Virus record (IMG/VR): IMGVR_UViG_3300028833_000077
Direction: 5' to 3' (one strand)
Source: a virus
Taxonomy: Duplodnaviria; Caudoviricetes
DNA: 64,000 nt
Shown in pieces: positions 27,815 to 36,112 of the stretch. The notes below the pieces were generated by a model. It was not told the origin of the DNA and searched no databases. It was given only the letters and a program-made list of their open reading frames with translations. Numbering within the stretch: position 1 is the first letter of the stretch; each line of letters opens with the position of its first letter. The position numbers and the translations under genes are program-made.

Positions 27815-28882
27815 ATGGCAACATACGATTTGACATCCAGCATACCAACCAAGATAGCAGCAGGTGACATCCTCAACTGCCCATACTCAGGTACATATAA
27901 GACCGTTACCCTTCCAAAAGGAACCTATAAGCTTGAGTGCTGGGGTGCAGAGGGAGGAAAGGGCCCTGATGGGAGTGGTAATGCCCAAAGTACTTATAAA
28001 GATGGAGGACTTGGTGGTTACTCTGTTGGTACAATAGCTCTTACAGATAGACAAACAACAGTATATTGTTATGTGGGTGGAGCAGGTACAGGTGCTTCTG
28101 GCAAGACAGCTACAGGGTGTGCAGGTGGCTATAACGGAGGGGGGAATGGAGGAAACCTTGCTTATACAAGTTCTGCGACAAATGGAGGTGGCGGAGGAGG
28201 TGCCTCAGATATTAGAATAGAAAATAATGATCTTACTTATAGGGTGATTGTTGCAGGAGGTGGTGGAGGAGCATCTTGGGTGTCTAGCCCCTCATCTCAT
28301 TATGGAGGATATGGTGGAGGTACAACTGGAGGCAATGCTATTAACGCGTCTGGTTCTGCTGTTGTAGCAACAGGAGGAACTCAGACTTCTGGTGGTACTG
28401 GTGGATATATTTCTTCATATAGTGCTGGTAACCCTGGAAGTTTTGGGCAAGGAGGTAATGGTGCTTCCAACTCTTCATCTGCTATCAACTCTGGAGCTGG
28501 AGGTGGAGGAGGCTGGTATGGAGGTGGAGGCGGAGGCCAAATAACCTCTGGAAATCAAGCTCATGCAGGAGGAGGTTCTGGTTATGTCCATGCTGGCACA
28601 AACTCTGCATCTTCTCTTGGTTCTAAGTATATACTTGCCGATGCTTCTACTACAGCAGGAAATGCATCCATGCCTTCCACATCAGGTTCTACTGAGACAG
28701 GCCATTCAGGCAATGGTTATGTGAGGATAACAGTCATCTCTGTAGACTCTGGTCTTCCCATGAAGATGAAGATAGGAGGAGATATAGTGGATGCCTCTTC
28801 AGGATACGTGAAGGTTGGAGGCAGTTGGAAGGAAATTAGCAGCATCCTTGTCAAGAAGGACGGGGAGTGGATTAGTAACTGA
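27815..28882 (+). CDS. Glycine-rich domain protein (PF12810-like), putative fibre tip
   Basis: GTYKLECWGAEGG, GGGGGASDIR, VIVAGGGGG, GGGGGWYGG, GNGYVRIT. Confidence 0.75.
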   Translation: MATYDLTSSIPTKIAAGDILNCPYSGTYKTVTLPKGTYKLECWGAEGGKGPDGSGNAQSTYKDGGLGGYSVGTIALTDRQTTVYCYVGGAGTGASGKTATGCAGGYNGGGNGGNLAYTSSATNGGGGGGASDIRIENNDLTYRVIVAGGGGGASWVSSPSSHYGGYGGGTTGGNAINASGSAVVATGGTQTSGGTGGYISSYSAGNPGSFGQGGNGASNSSSAINSGAGGGGGWYGGGGGGQITSGNQAHAGGGSGYVHAGTNSASSLGSKYILADASTTAGNASMPSTSGSTETGHSGNGYVRITVISVDSGLPMKMKIGGDIVDASSGYVKVGGSWKEISSILVKKDGEWISN

Positions 28883-28896
28883 TTAAACATTTGATT

Positions 28897-29274
28897 ATGG
28901 CAAAGACAGTAACATTACAGCATACAGCCAATGACGAGGCACTCTATCCCATCACTCTCCCTGAGAATGTGATAGACTCCAATGGCAACAACATACTTGA
29001 ACTAATGGCTGAAAGGCATGAGTACTATGTGCCTACACTGCTGTCAGTCCCCTCAAGCAGCACTCTCACCTACACCAAGGATGGAGTGGCTGTGGAGTTT
29101 GAGACTGGTGATTTCTGCAGGGTGGCCAGCAACAGTGCATCAGGCTATGACTTCTACCAGCTGCATGGCATTGTGACAAATAATGGTGTGACCACTGCAT
29201 CATGGGTTCTTATTGGAGAGCCTGAGCCTGTGTCTACGGCAGGTTCTGCATGGTCATCATTCAACTTGAGATAA
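28897..29274 (+). CDS. Small adaptor-like protein sharing modules with the DGR target and the 2032 protein
   Basis: TL.S.P...TLTY...F..GD..RV.....GY..Y.L matches the DGR target N-terminus; ends EPVSTAGSAWSSFNLR. Confidence 0.6.
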   Translation: MAKTVTLQHTANDEALYPITLPENVIDSNGNNILELMAERHEYYVPTLLSVPSSSTLTYTKDGVAVEFETGDFCRVASNSASGYDFYQLHGIVTNNGVTTASWVLIGEPEPVSTAGSAWSSFNLR

Positions 29275-29292
29275 CTTCAAAGCATATAGGCT

Positions 29293-29955
29293 ATGAGTGT
29301 GATATTCAACCAATTGAGGATTTCTGATGATGGCAAGAGGATGTACATCAATGCACATGTCAATGGTGCAGAGTATTTTGATGACATCTATCTTGACAGG
29401 ATTACCATCATGACTGCCGACAAGGTCTCTGAGACCAATCCCAATATGCCTACGTCACAGTATATCTATACCAAGACCATTGAGGGACTGGAGAAAAGGA
29501 TTGACCTTGTGTTGACGGCTGAGGACTTCATAAAGACCTGGGAGACAGAACCTGATGCCATGAAGTTCAAGGCATCCGACATGTCAACCACACTGTTCTT
29601 CATATATATAAAGGTGAAGGGTACTCCAGACCAGTGCACTCCATGCAGGCTTGACGAGGAAGTGACTGTAGGTGTTACCTTTGATGAGTCACTGCTCTAC
29701 CAGAGGGTCATGGACTACACCAAGTCACTGTCAGACACTTGTCAGGTACCCAATGGGTTCACTGACTTCATCCTCCTTTGGAATGCCTTCAAGGCTTCCA
29801 TAGAGACTGAGCATTTCATCCCTGCCATCAAGTTCTACAACATGCTGTTTGGCAACTATGACGAGAGGTACTCCCGTGATGGCAGCCACAGTCCATTTGG
29901 AGGCATGGGCATGGGAAGGACAAAACCAGCAAAACCCTGCAACTGTCATGGATGA
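29293..29955 (+). CDS. Conserved crAss-like structural protein
   Basis: MSVIFNQLRI..DGK...I; P..F.DFIL..AF; C-terminal CNCHG. Confidence 0.6.
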   Translation: MSVIFNQLRISDDGKRMYINAHVNGAEYFDDIYLDRITIMTADKVSETNPNMPTSQYIYTKTIEGLEKRIDLVLTAEDFIKTWETEPDAMKFKASDMSTTLFFIYIKVKGTPDQCTPCRLDEEVTVGVTFDESLLYQRVMDYTKSLSDTCQVPNGFTDFILLWNAFKASIETEHFIPAIKFYNMLFGNYDERYSRDGSHSPFGGMGMGRTKPAKPCNCHG

Positions 29956-30454
29956 GATGATCTTTGAGGGAGTGACCTCCTACTACAATGCCTTGGAGAA
30001 GCTGGGGTATATGAGCTATGGCAATATGCAGAGGCTCCTGATACTCATCTTCTATAGGGACTTTGTGTACAATGACTATAGGGCCAATCTCTCCAAGGAG
30101 GACTACTACACCATCGAGAAGGCCCTTGACTGCCTGTATGGCACAACATGTTTAATACCTTATCCAGATTATTTGAAAATGGGAAAATTACATTTAGGCG
30201 AGGTTACTGAGATAGCAGAGAGGCTCAGGAACATTGAGAACACTGACGTAATGAAGCTGATGGAAGGCACTGAAGGTTGTGGTGACATATCACTGGTGGT
30301 ATGTGGTGACGAGCCTGAGGAGAAGCCTGAGCACCATCACCACCATCATCATGAGCCATTATGGCCAGAGCCATATCCTGACTTTCCTGAGGAGCCATGC
30401 AGGCCAGTACCACCCAAGCCGAAGAAGAAGAGAAAGAAGCATGTCTGTAAGTAG
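29948..30454 (+). CDS. Conserved crAss-like protein with His/Pro/Lys-rich tail
   Basis: ATG 29948 overlaps the upstream gene end; YYNAL.KLGY, L.CLYGTTCLIPYP; tail HHHHHHH...KPKKKRKK. Confidence 0.65.
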   Translation: MDEMIFEGVTSYYNALEKLGYMSYGNMQRLLILIFYRDFVYNDYRANLSKEDYYTIEKALDCLYGTTCLIPYPDYLKMGKLHLGEVTEIAERLRNIENTDVMKLMEGTEGCGDISLVVCGDEPEEKPEHHHHHHHEPLWPEPYPDFPEEPCRPVPPKPKKKRKKHVCK

Positions 30455-30472
30455 GCATGATAAAGGATTTAC

Positions 30473-30533
30473 TTAATCGAGTAAACAGTTTCATTAATCT
30501 GGCTCAGAGGAAGGCAGGAATGTCGTACCTTTG
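30473..30533 (+). promoter_or_regulatory. Promoter (TACCTTTG at 30526)
   Basis: TTAA at -53 and -32. Confidence 0.6.
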
Positions 30534-30552
30534 AGCCATAATTCAATCAGGT

Positions 30553-31263
30553 ATGACAGCAAGGGAAATCGTTTATAGTATCCTAAATTTATCCAAGGTA
30601 TCTTCCAGTGATGACAGCTGGGTGACGGAGGACTTGGTGTTCTTTCTCTGCAAGAAGTACCGCAGCTTCCTCATCAAGAAGGAGAAGGATAAGGAGAAGG
30701 CACAGTCTGAGTCTGTGGAAACATCTGAGTATCAGCAGATTTGCCTTGACTTGGAGAAGGTTCCTGCCATTGATGGAGACCCTTGTACTGGAGGATATTA
30801 CCTCAGGAGTGTACAAGAAGTCCCTTCCATCCTTGAGGGCACTGCACCCCAGGTATACCCGGCAGACTTCTACCAAGGCATCAACATATCATTCGTACCC
30901 AAGGAGAGGATGAGGTTCGTAGGTACTAACAAGTTCCTTCAGAACATCATATATGTTTCACTTGGAGCAGATAAGCACATCTATCTTAACAGCAGCAATC
31001 CCCAGTTCTTCTATCTGAGGCAGCTAAGGATGAATGCAGCCTTTGAGGACATTGAGAAGGCAGCAGACCTCTTGTGCGATGATGAGTGCAACTGTACTGC
31101 ATGTGACTGGATGGACATGGAGTTCCCCATGAGGGAGCACCTTGTTCCTGTCATGATAGAACTGGTGGTCAAGGATTTACTTGGGGTAAAATATCAAGCA
31201 ATTGATTACAAGAATTCGGCAAGTGATGACTTGTCCCAGCATCAGCCAACTAAGGAGGGTTAA
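30553..31263 (+). CDS. Tail ring / connector protein
   Basis: YQQICLDLEKV, R.RFVG.NKFL.NIIY; synteny before IHF-like and tail tubular genes. Confidence 0.6.
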   Translation: MTAREIVYSILNLSKVSSSDDSWVTEDLVFFLCKKYRSFLIKKEKDKEKAQSESVETSEYQQICLDLEKVPAIDGDPCTGGYYLRSVQEVPSILEGTAPQVYPADFYQGINISFVPKERMRFVGTNKFLQNIIYVSLGADKHIYLNSSNPQFFYLRQLRMNAAFEDIEKAADLLCDDECNCTACDWMDMEFPMREHLVPVMIELVVKDLLGVKYQAIDYKNSASDDLSQHQPTKEG

Positions 31264-31265
31264 TC

Positions 31266-31811
31266 ATGGAGCAGACATTTGAGGAATTCAGGAACAGTAT
31301 CGTCAACCACAAGAAGAGGAAGTTTCAAATCACCAACTCCATCGGTGTATATGACACGTATAAGATGATGAGGAAGGCTGGCTGGCTCAGTATAGGAAGA
31401 CCTGTCAAGGAGAAGGAGTTCTATGCCATCATCAGAGGCATCAACAACTACCTTGCAGATGAGTTGGCCATGGGTAGGGAGCTGGTGTTCCCAGCCAATA
31501 TGGGAAGGTTGGAACTCAGGAAGTCCGAGGTGGGTGTAAGCATTGTCAAGGATAAGCTGAAGATTACATATCCTGTAGACTGGAAGGAAACCTACAAGCT
31601 GTGGTATGAGGATCCTGAGGCCATGCGTGACAAGGTGCTCATGAGGAGGGAGTCTCCTTATATCTACAAGATAAGGTATGACTCCTATGATGCCACCTTT
31701 GAGAACAAGTGCTTTTACCAGTTCAAGGTGAACTCCTTCGTCAAGAAGGCTCTATCGGACAATATCAAGGCAGGCAAGGTTGATACACCTTGGTTTACAC
31801 CATTAAGATGA
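31266..31811 (+). CDS. IHF/HU-like protein of crAss-like phages
   Basis: LA.G.EL.FP.NMG.LELRK segment; PVDWK.T..LW; synteny. Confidence 0.65.
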   Translation: MEQTFEEFRNSIVNHKKRKFQITNSIGVYDTYKMMRKAGWLSIGRPVKEKEFYAIIRGINNYLADELAMGRELVFPANMGRLELRKSEVGVSIVKDKLKITYPVDWKETYKLWYEDPEAMRDKVLMRRESPYIYKIRYDSYDATFENKCFYQFKVNSFVKKALSDNIKAGKVDTPWFTPLR

Positions 31812-31818
31812 TAAGACT

Positions 31819-32580
31819 ATGGTAACTGAGATACAATACACAAGTATAAAGAGAGTGCTGGATGACCTGTTGGAGCATCCATTGCTTTCAGACCTGACAC
31901 TGGAGCAGGCAGTCAGACATACATTGAGGTTCCTCTCACTGCACGGCTATCCTGAGTTCTACAAGGACAACACGGCTGATGTGGAGATACATGACTTCAG
32001 GGGACTGCTGCCATGTGACCTCATCAGTATCATTCAGGTGAGGGACAAGGATTCCCATATCTGCCTAAGAGCCATGACGGACAGTTTCAACCTAGGATTG
32101 AGGGAGCACCATGTTCCTGAGAGGCACTACCATCCTAACACAGGAGACATCCATAATGCCTACATACCTCATCCCCATCATCACCATGGAGAGATGACCT
32201 TCAAGACCCAAGGGAGAGTCATATACACCTCTTTCCCTGAAGGTGTTGTAGAGATTGCCTACAAGGGCATACCAGTGGATGAGGATGGCTTCCCACTGTT
32301 GATAGACAATGAGACTTATCTTGCTTGTCTGGAAGCCTACATCAAGAAGCAGGTGTTCACAGTGAAGTTTGATACAGGAAAGCTTGCTGCCCCCATACTG
32401 CAGAATGCCCAGAGAGACTATGCATTGCTTGCTGCCAATCTACAAACTGAGCTCACAACACCCTCGGTGAATCAAGCCGAGGCATACAGTAGAATGATGA
32501 CACACCTGATACCAAGGGTGAGGGAGTTTGATAATTCTTTCCGTGATGTAGGCAGTCGTGAATATTTAAAAAGGCACTAG
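31819..32580 (+). CDS. Tail tubular / ring protein (P22 gp4-like role)
   Basis: I.DFRGLLPCDL, TFKTQG..IYTSF.EG.VEIAY..IPVDEDGFPL. Confidence 0.7.
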   Translation: MVTEIQYTSIKRVLDDLLEHPLLSDLTLEQAVRHTLRFLSLHGYPEFYKDNTADVEIHDFRGLLPCDLISIIQVRDKDSHICLRAMTDSFNLGLREHHVPERHYHPNTGDIHNAYIPHPHHHHGEMTFKTQGRVIYTSFPEGVVEIAYKGIPVDEDGFPLLIDNETYLACLEAYIKKQVFTVKFDTGKLAAPILQNAQRDYALLAANLQTELTTPSVNQAEAYSRMMTHLIPRVREFDNSFRDVGSREYLKRH

Positions 32581-32581
32581 C

Positions 32582-33736
32582 ATGGATAGATATACAGTAT
32601 ATAAGCATACTTCTCCCACCAATAAAGTATATATTGGTATTACAAAGAATAAAAAAGCTAGAAACAGGTGGAAGTATGGTCATGGCTATAAGCATAATGC
32701 ATATTTTTACAATGCTATTAAAAAGTACGGATGGAACAATATCAAACACGAAATACTGGCTACTAACCTTACCTTAGAAGAAGCCTCTATTATGGAAAAA
32801 GAGCTTATTGCTCTATATAAAAATAAAGGTGTTTGTTATAATATAGCTGAGGGAGGTACTGATGGAAATACTCAAAAGAGGACTGAGGAAGAAAAACAGC
32901 ATCTTAGTGACTACTTCAAAGAGTATTGGAAAACTCATGAAAATCCTTTCAAAGGCAAACATCATAAAGAAGACAGTTTAGCTGTAATGAGAGAAAAAAA
33001 CAAAAAGCGTTGGAAGGATAACTATGCTAAGATGTATGCGCAGGTAATTGTAAAAGTGAGAATTGGAGTATTTAATATCCTAACACACGAATATCAAGAG
33101 TTTGCATCAGAAAAGGAAGCAGCAGAAAGCTATGGGATAAGCGAAACTACATTTAGAAGGCATGTTAACAATGGTAGTATCTACAAAAATTTTATTTTTA
33201 TTCCTATAGATACTCTATCTTTTGAGGAAGCTCTTATTAAAGCATATAATAGAGAAAAAATGAATATCCATTGTGGAGGGCAAGAGATTGCAGTAGTGCA
33301 ATTAACTTTGGATGGTCAATATGTAGCGACTTATCCTTCCATTAAACAGGCTGCTATAGAAACAGGTTTGGATGATACTGGAATAGGTGAGTCATGTAGA
33401 GGTAATAGAAAACAATCATCTGGTTATTTTTGGATGTTTGAGTCTAAATACTTACATTATAAGGAAGAAGGAAAGCTTGAGTCAGAAATAAAAAAGATGA
33501 AGGAGGATTTAAATAAGCGCAAAGAAATACATGGTACTTATATTTTACAGTCAACAGTAGAGAATATACCTGTAGAAGTCTATATAAGTGGTAAGAGTAT
33601 TACAAGGAAACATGGATTTGATAGTAGTACTATCAGTAAATGCTGCAGGGGAATATTCCATAAAATGTATGGTTATAAATGGGAATACATAACAAAAGAA
33701 GAGTATGAAAAATTTAAGACTATCTTGGCAGCATAA
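32582..33736 (+). CDS. Free-standing GIY-YIG homing endonuclease with NUMOD3/NUMOD1-like repeats
   Basis: YTVYKHTSP.NKVYIGIT...RW; E..LI..Y....YN; NPFKGKHH; I..CC.G......GY.W repeats; very AT-rich. Confidence 0.88.
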   Translation: MDRYTVYKHTSPTNKVYIGITKNKKARNRWKYGHGYKHNAYFYNAIKKYGWNNIKHEILATNLTLEEASIMEKELIALYKNKGVCYNIAEGGTDGNTQKRTEEEKQHLSDYFKEYWKTHENPFKGKHHKEDSLAVMREKNKKRWKDNYAKMYAQVIVKVRIGVFNILTHEYQEFASEKEAAESYGISETTFRRHVNNGSIYKNFIFIPIDTLSFEEALIKAYNREKMNIHCGGQEIAVVQLTLDGQYVATYPSIKQAAIETGLDDTGIGESCRGNRKQSSGYFWMFESKYLHYKEEGKLESEIKKMKEDLNKRKEIHGTYILQSTVENIPVEVYISGKSITRKHGFDSSTISKCCRGIFHKMYGYKWEYITKEEYEKFKTILAA

Positions 33737-33773
33737 AGTATCTGAGGAAGCATTGATGCTTACCAGAATTACT

Positions 33774-33833
33774 ATAAGTGCCTTAGTAAAAGGCTTAACC
33801 TCCTCAGTCTGAGGAATTAAATGAATAACTTTG
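33774..33833 (+). promoter_or_regulatory. Promoter (TAACTTTG at 33826) with phased TTA elements and internal palindrome
   Basis: ATAA/TTAG/TTAA at -52/-43/-31; TCCTCAG-T-CTGAGGA at 33801-33815. Confidence 0.6.
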
Positions 33834-33867
33834 TTGCTGAAATTGATAACTGATAAAAATAGATAAT

Positions 33868-35547
33868 ATGAGTACGACAACAAGTGACCTCTTGAACAGA
33901 GCCAATATAATCAAGAATGAGACTCTTGAGGGCAAGAACTCTGCTGTACGTGTGGGCAGTCTGTTTTGGGACATTATCTCAAAGATGGAAGGCAACACCA
34001 GCAAGCTCTCAACCCTTGAGGAACTCATCAACTCAGGTGGTTCAAGATACAGCAATGTGAGGGTGACTCCAGTGTATACGAATGGTGTCTTGATTGCTAC
34101 CATCAGGGTAGGTGTTCAGGACTATGCCATCTATGCACCAGGCAAGGGTGGCTCTGGTAGTGATTCTGATTCAGATGGCTATGATGACAGGGAACTCCGC
34201 AGGGAGATTGACTTGATTAAATCCAATCTTGACAATATCCTTGAGAGGGAGAAAGCAGGCATCAAGGATATGGTTGAAGAAATCCTTGCTGGCAAGAACT
34301 TCATCAGTGGCTGGCAGGCAGGATGGTATGAAACACTCAAGAGCTACCTTATCTCTGTAGGCGTCCTTGGAGCTGACGGAGTAAGCAAAGGCTGGGCATA
34401 CCTTGATACCAAATACAACGACCTTGAGGCAGCAGTTAATAGCCTCAGGAGAATCGGTGAGGACAATCAAGGTCTTTATGAGACTCTGCAGTCACAGTTG
34501 AATCTTTTCATCCAGAATGAATTTGGTGAATTGAGTACTGCTGTTGGAGAGCTTAAAACAAGATACGCATTGACTGCTGATGATAAGACTGTATTGAAGT
34601 GGTTGACTGCCCAGCTTAGGGTTCAGGCAGGTGCGAATGGCTCACTTGCACAGCTGTTTGCTACTGCTAGTGACAAGGCTCGTTTGCAGGATGCTTTGGC
34701 ACTTCTTGAGGCCAGAGTGGATGATATAGAAGGAAACTATGTGTCTACAGCTCGTCTTATTGCTCAAGTAAGGAATGAGATAGATGGTCGTATCAGTACT
34801 GGCGGTCTTATTACAACTGCTTCTCTTGATAGGGCAGTCACAACTCTCTTTGCTGAGAGTGGAGACAATACATCCAGTGCAAGGGCTGCAATAGACCTGA
34901 TAGTTGAGAATGGTATTTCCAGCATTGTGGAAAGGGCTGACATTATACAGGCTATAGCTAACAGGATTGTGATTGACGGCTCACAGATAGACATTACAGC
35001 TGACCAGATCAATGCTGCAATGGAAAGTCTTAGGGTTAAAGTATCGGACATCATTATTGGAGATGGTAAAAGACAGGGTTCTGACTATTATGACCGTATG
35101 TTAATACATACCTACAAGGAGCCAGGTAGTGATAAGATTCTTGGCATGGAGCTTCTGTTTGGTAATTTCCAAATAAACAATGCAGGAGATGTTACTATGT
35201 CTAAGCCCGGTCTTAGGTGCAGATTTAACTACTACTACTTGGATGCTCCCAAGATTGTTTCTAGCCAAATCATGCTTCCAACCCAGAACCTAAACGGTCC
35301 TTCCTATCTGGATTTCAATAAAGATAGTGTTATCAGGTGGTTTAATACTGTAGGAAATCCAGAGACAAATCAGACTGGAGACGAGTATGGCATTGATGCA
35401 AATGGCAACATGGGAACCAATGAGACTGATGGTGCTGTATTAACTGATAAGAGTACAGTAGGCAATAGTGCCAATGGTTATATTACCTTTGAGGGAGATA
35501 CCATTGTCATACATGGTAACCTCAAAATAAATGATAGAACCATATAA
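33868..35547 (+). CDS. Putative tail fibre/spike protein
   Basis: IKNET..GKNSA.RVG N-terminus, long coiled coil, I.A..I.I beta-repeat C-half. Confidence 0.55.
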   Translation: MSTTTSDLLNRANIIKNETLEGKNSAVRVGSLFWDIISKMEGNTSKLSTLEELINSGGSRYSNVRVTPVYTNGVLIATIRVGVQDYAIYAPGKGGSGSDSDSDGYDDRELRREIDLIKSNLDNILEREKAGIKDMVEEILAGKNFISGWQAGWYETLKSYLISVGVLGADGVSKGWAYLDTKYNDLEAAVNSLRRIGEDNQGLYETLQSQLNLFIQNEFGELSTAVGELKTRYALTADDKTVLKWLTAQLRVQAGANGSLAQLFATASDKARLQDALALLEARVDDIEGNYVSTARLIAQVRNEIDGRISTGGLITTASLDRAVTTLFAESGDNTSSARAAIDLIVENGISSIVERADIIQAIANRIVIDGSQIDITADQINAAMESLRVKVSDIIIGDGKRQGSDYYDRMLIHTYKEPGSDKILGMELLFGNFQINNAGDVTMSKPGLRCRFNYYYLDAPKIVSSQIMLPTQNLNGPSYLDFNKDSVIRWFNTVGNPETNQTGDEYGIDANGNMGTNETDGAVLTDKSTVGNSANGYITFEGDTIVIHGNLKINDRTI

Positions 35548-35575
35548 TCAAAGCTATATAAAGGAAGAGTAGAGT

Positions 35576-36025
35576 ATGAAGAAGAATGTAAGGACAGAAG
35601 TGATTTCAAATGCCTACGAGCTTATAGGCAGTGCAGACTACAAGAGCTTATCAGATAAGGACAAGATTGCCCTCTGGAAGATTTCCAGACTGATGAAGCC
35701 CATAGCAGTCAAGTTCCTTGGGGACAAGAGTGATGCCATCAAGAGCTTCATCACTCCAGAGTTTGCAGAGGCATTCAAGAAGTTCCAAGGATTCAAGACA
35801 TCAGGTGAAAACCTTGAGAGTGAGGAATACAAGGAATGTGCCCAGACAGTGTTGAAGGCCAACCAGCTGATGGAGGCTGCCTTGGGAGAACTGGCAGACA
35901 AGGAGGTTGAGGTTGAGTTTGAGCCACTCAGTGAAGGTGCTGTAAGCTCATTGCTGTTAGGTAATAACTGGCCTCTTGCAAAGGCAGAGTTCCTTGAGTG
36001 GATGATTGAAGATAGTGATCTCTAA
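35576..36025 (+). CDS. Hypothetical helical protein (possible fibre chaperone)
   Basis: 149-aa ORF after the fibre gene. Confidence 0.55.
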   Translation: MKKNVRTEVISNAYELIGSADYKSLSDKDKIALWKISRLMKPIAVKFLGDKSDAIKSFITPEFAEAFKKFQGFKTSGENLESEEYKECAQTVLKANQLMEAALGELADKEVEVEFEPLSEGAVSSLLLGNNWPLAKAEFLEWMIEDSDL

Positions 36026-36042
36026 TACTTGCGCACAGGATG

Positions 36043-36088
36043 GGAGGGAATCTGCATGACTGACAGGTGATGTAGGTTTCCTCTTTTT
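36043..36088 (+). terminator. Intrinsic terminator
   Basis: GAGGGAATCTGCAT / ATGTAGGTTTCCTC stem then TTTTT. Confidence 0.6.
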
Positions 36089-36112
36089 AATCAGAATCAA
36101 AACATTACGACA

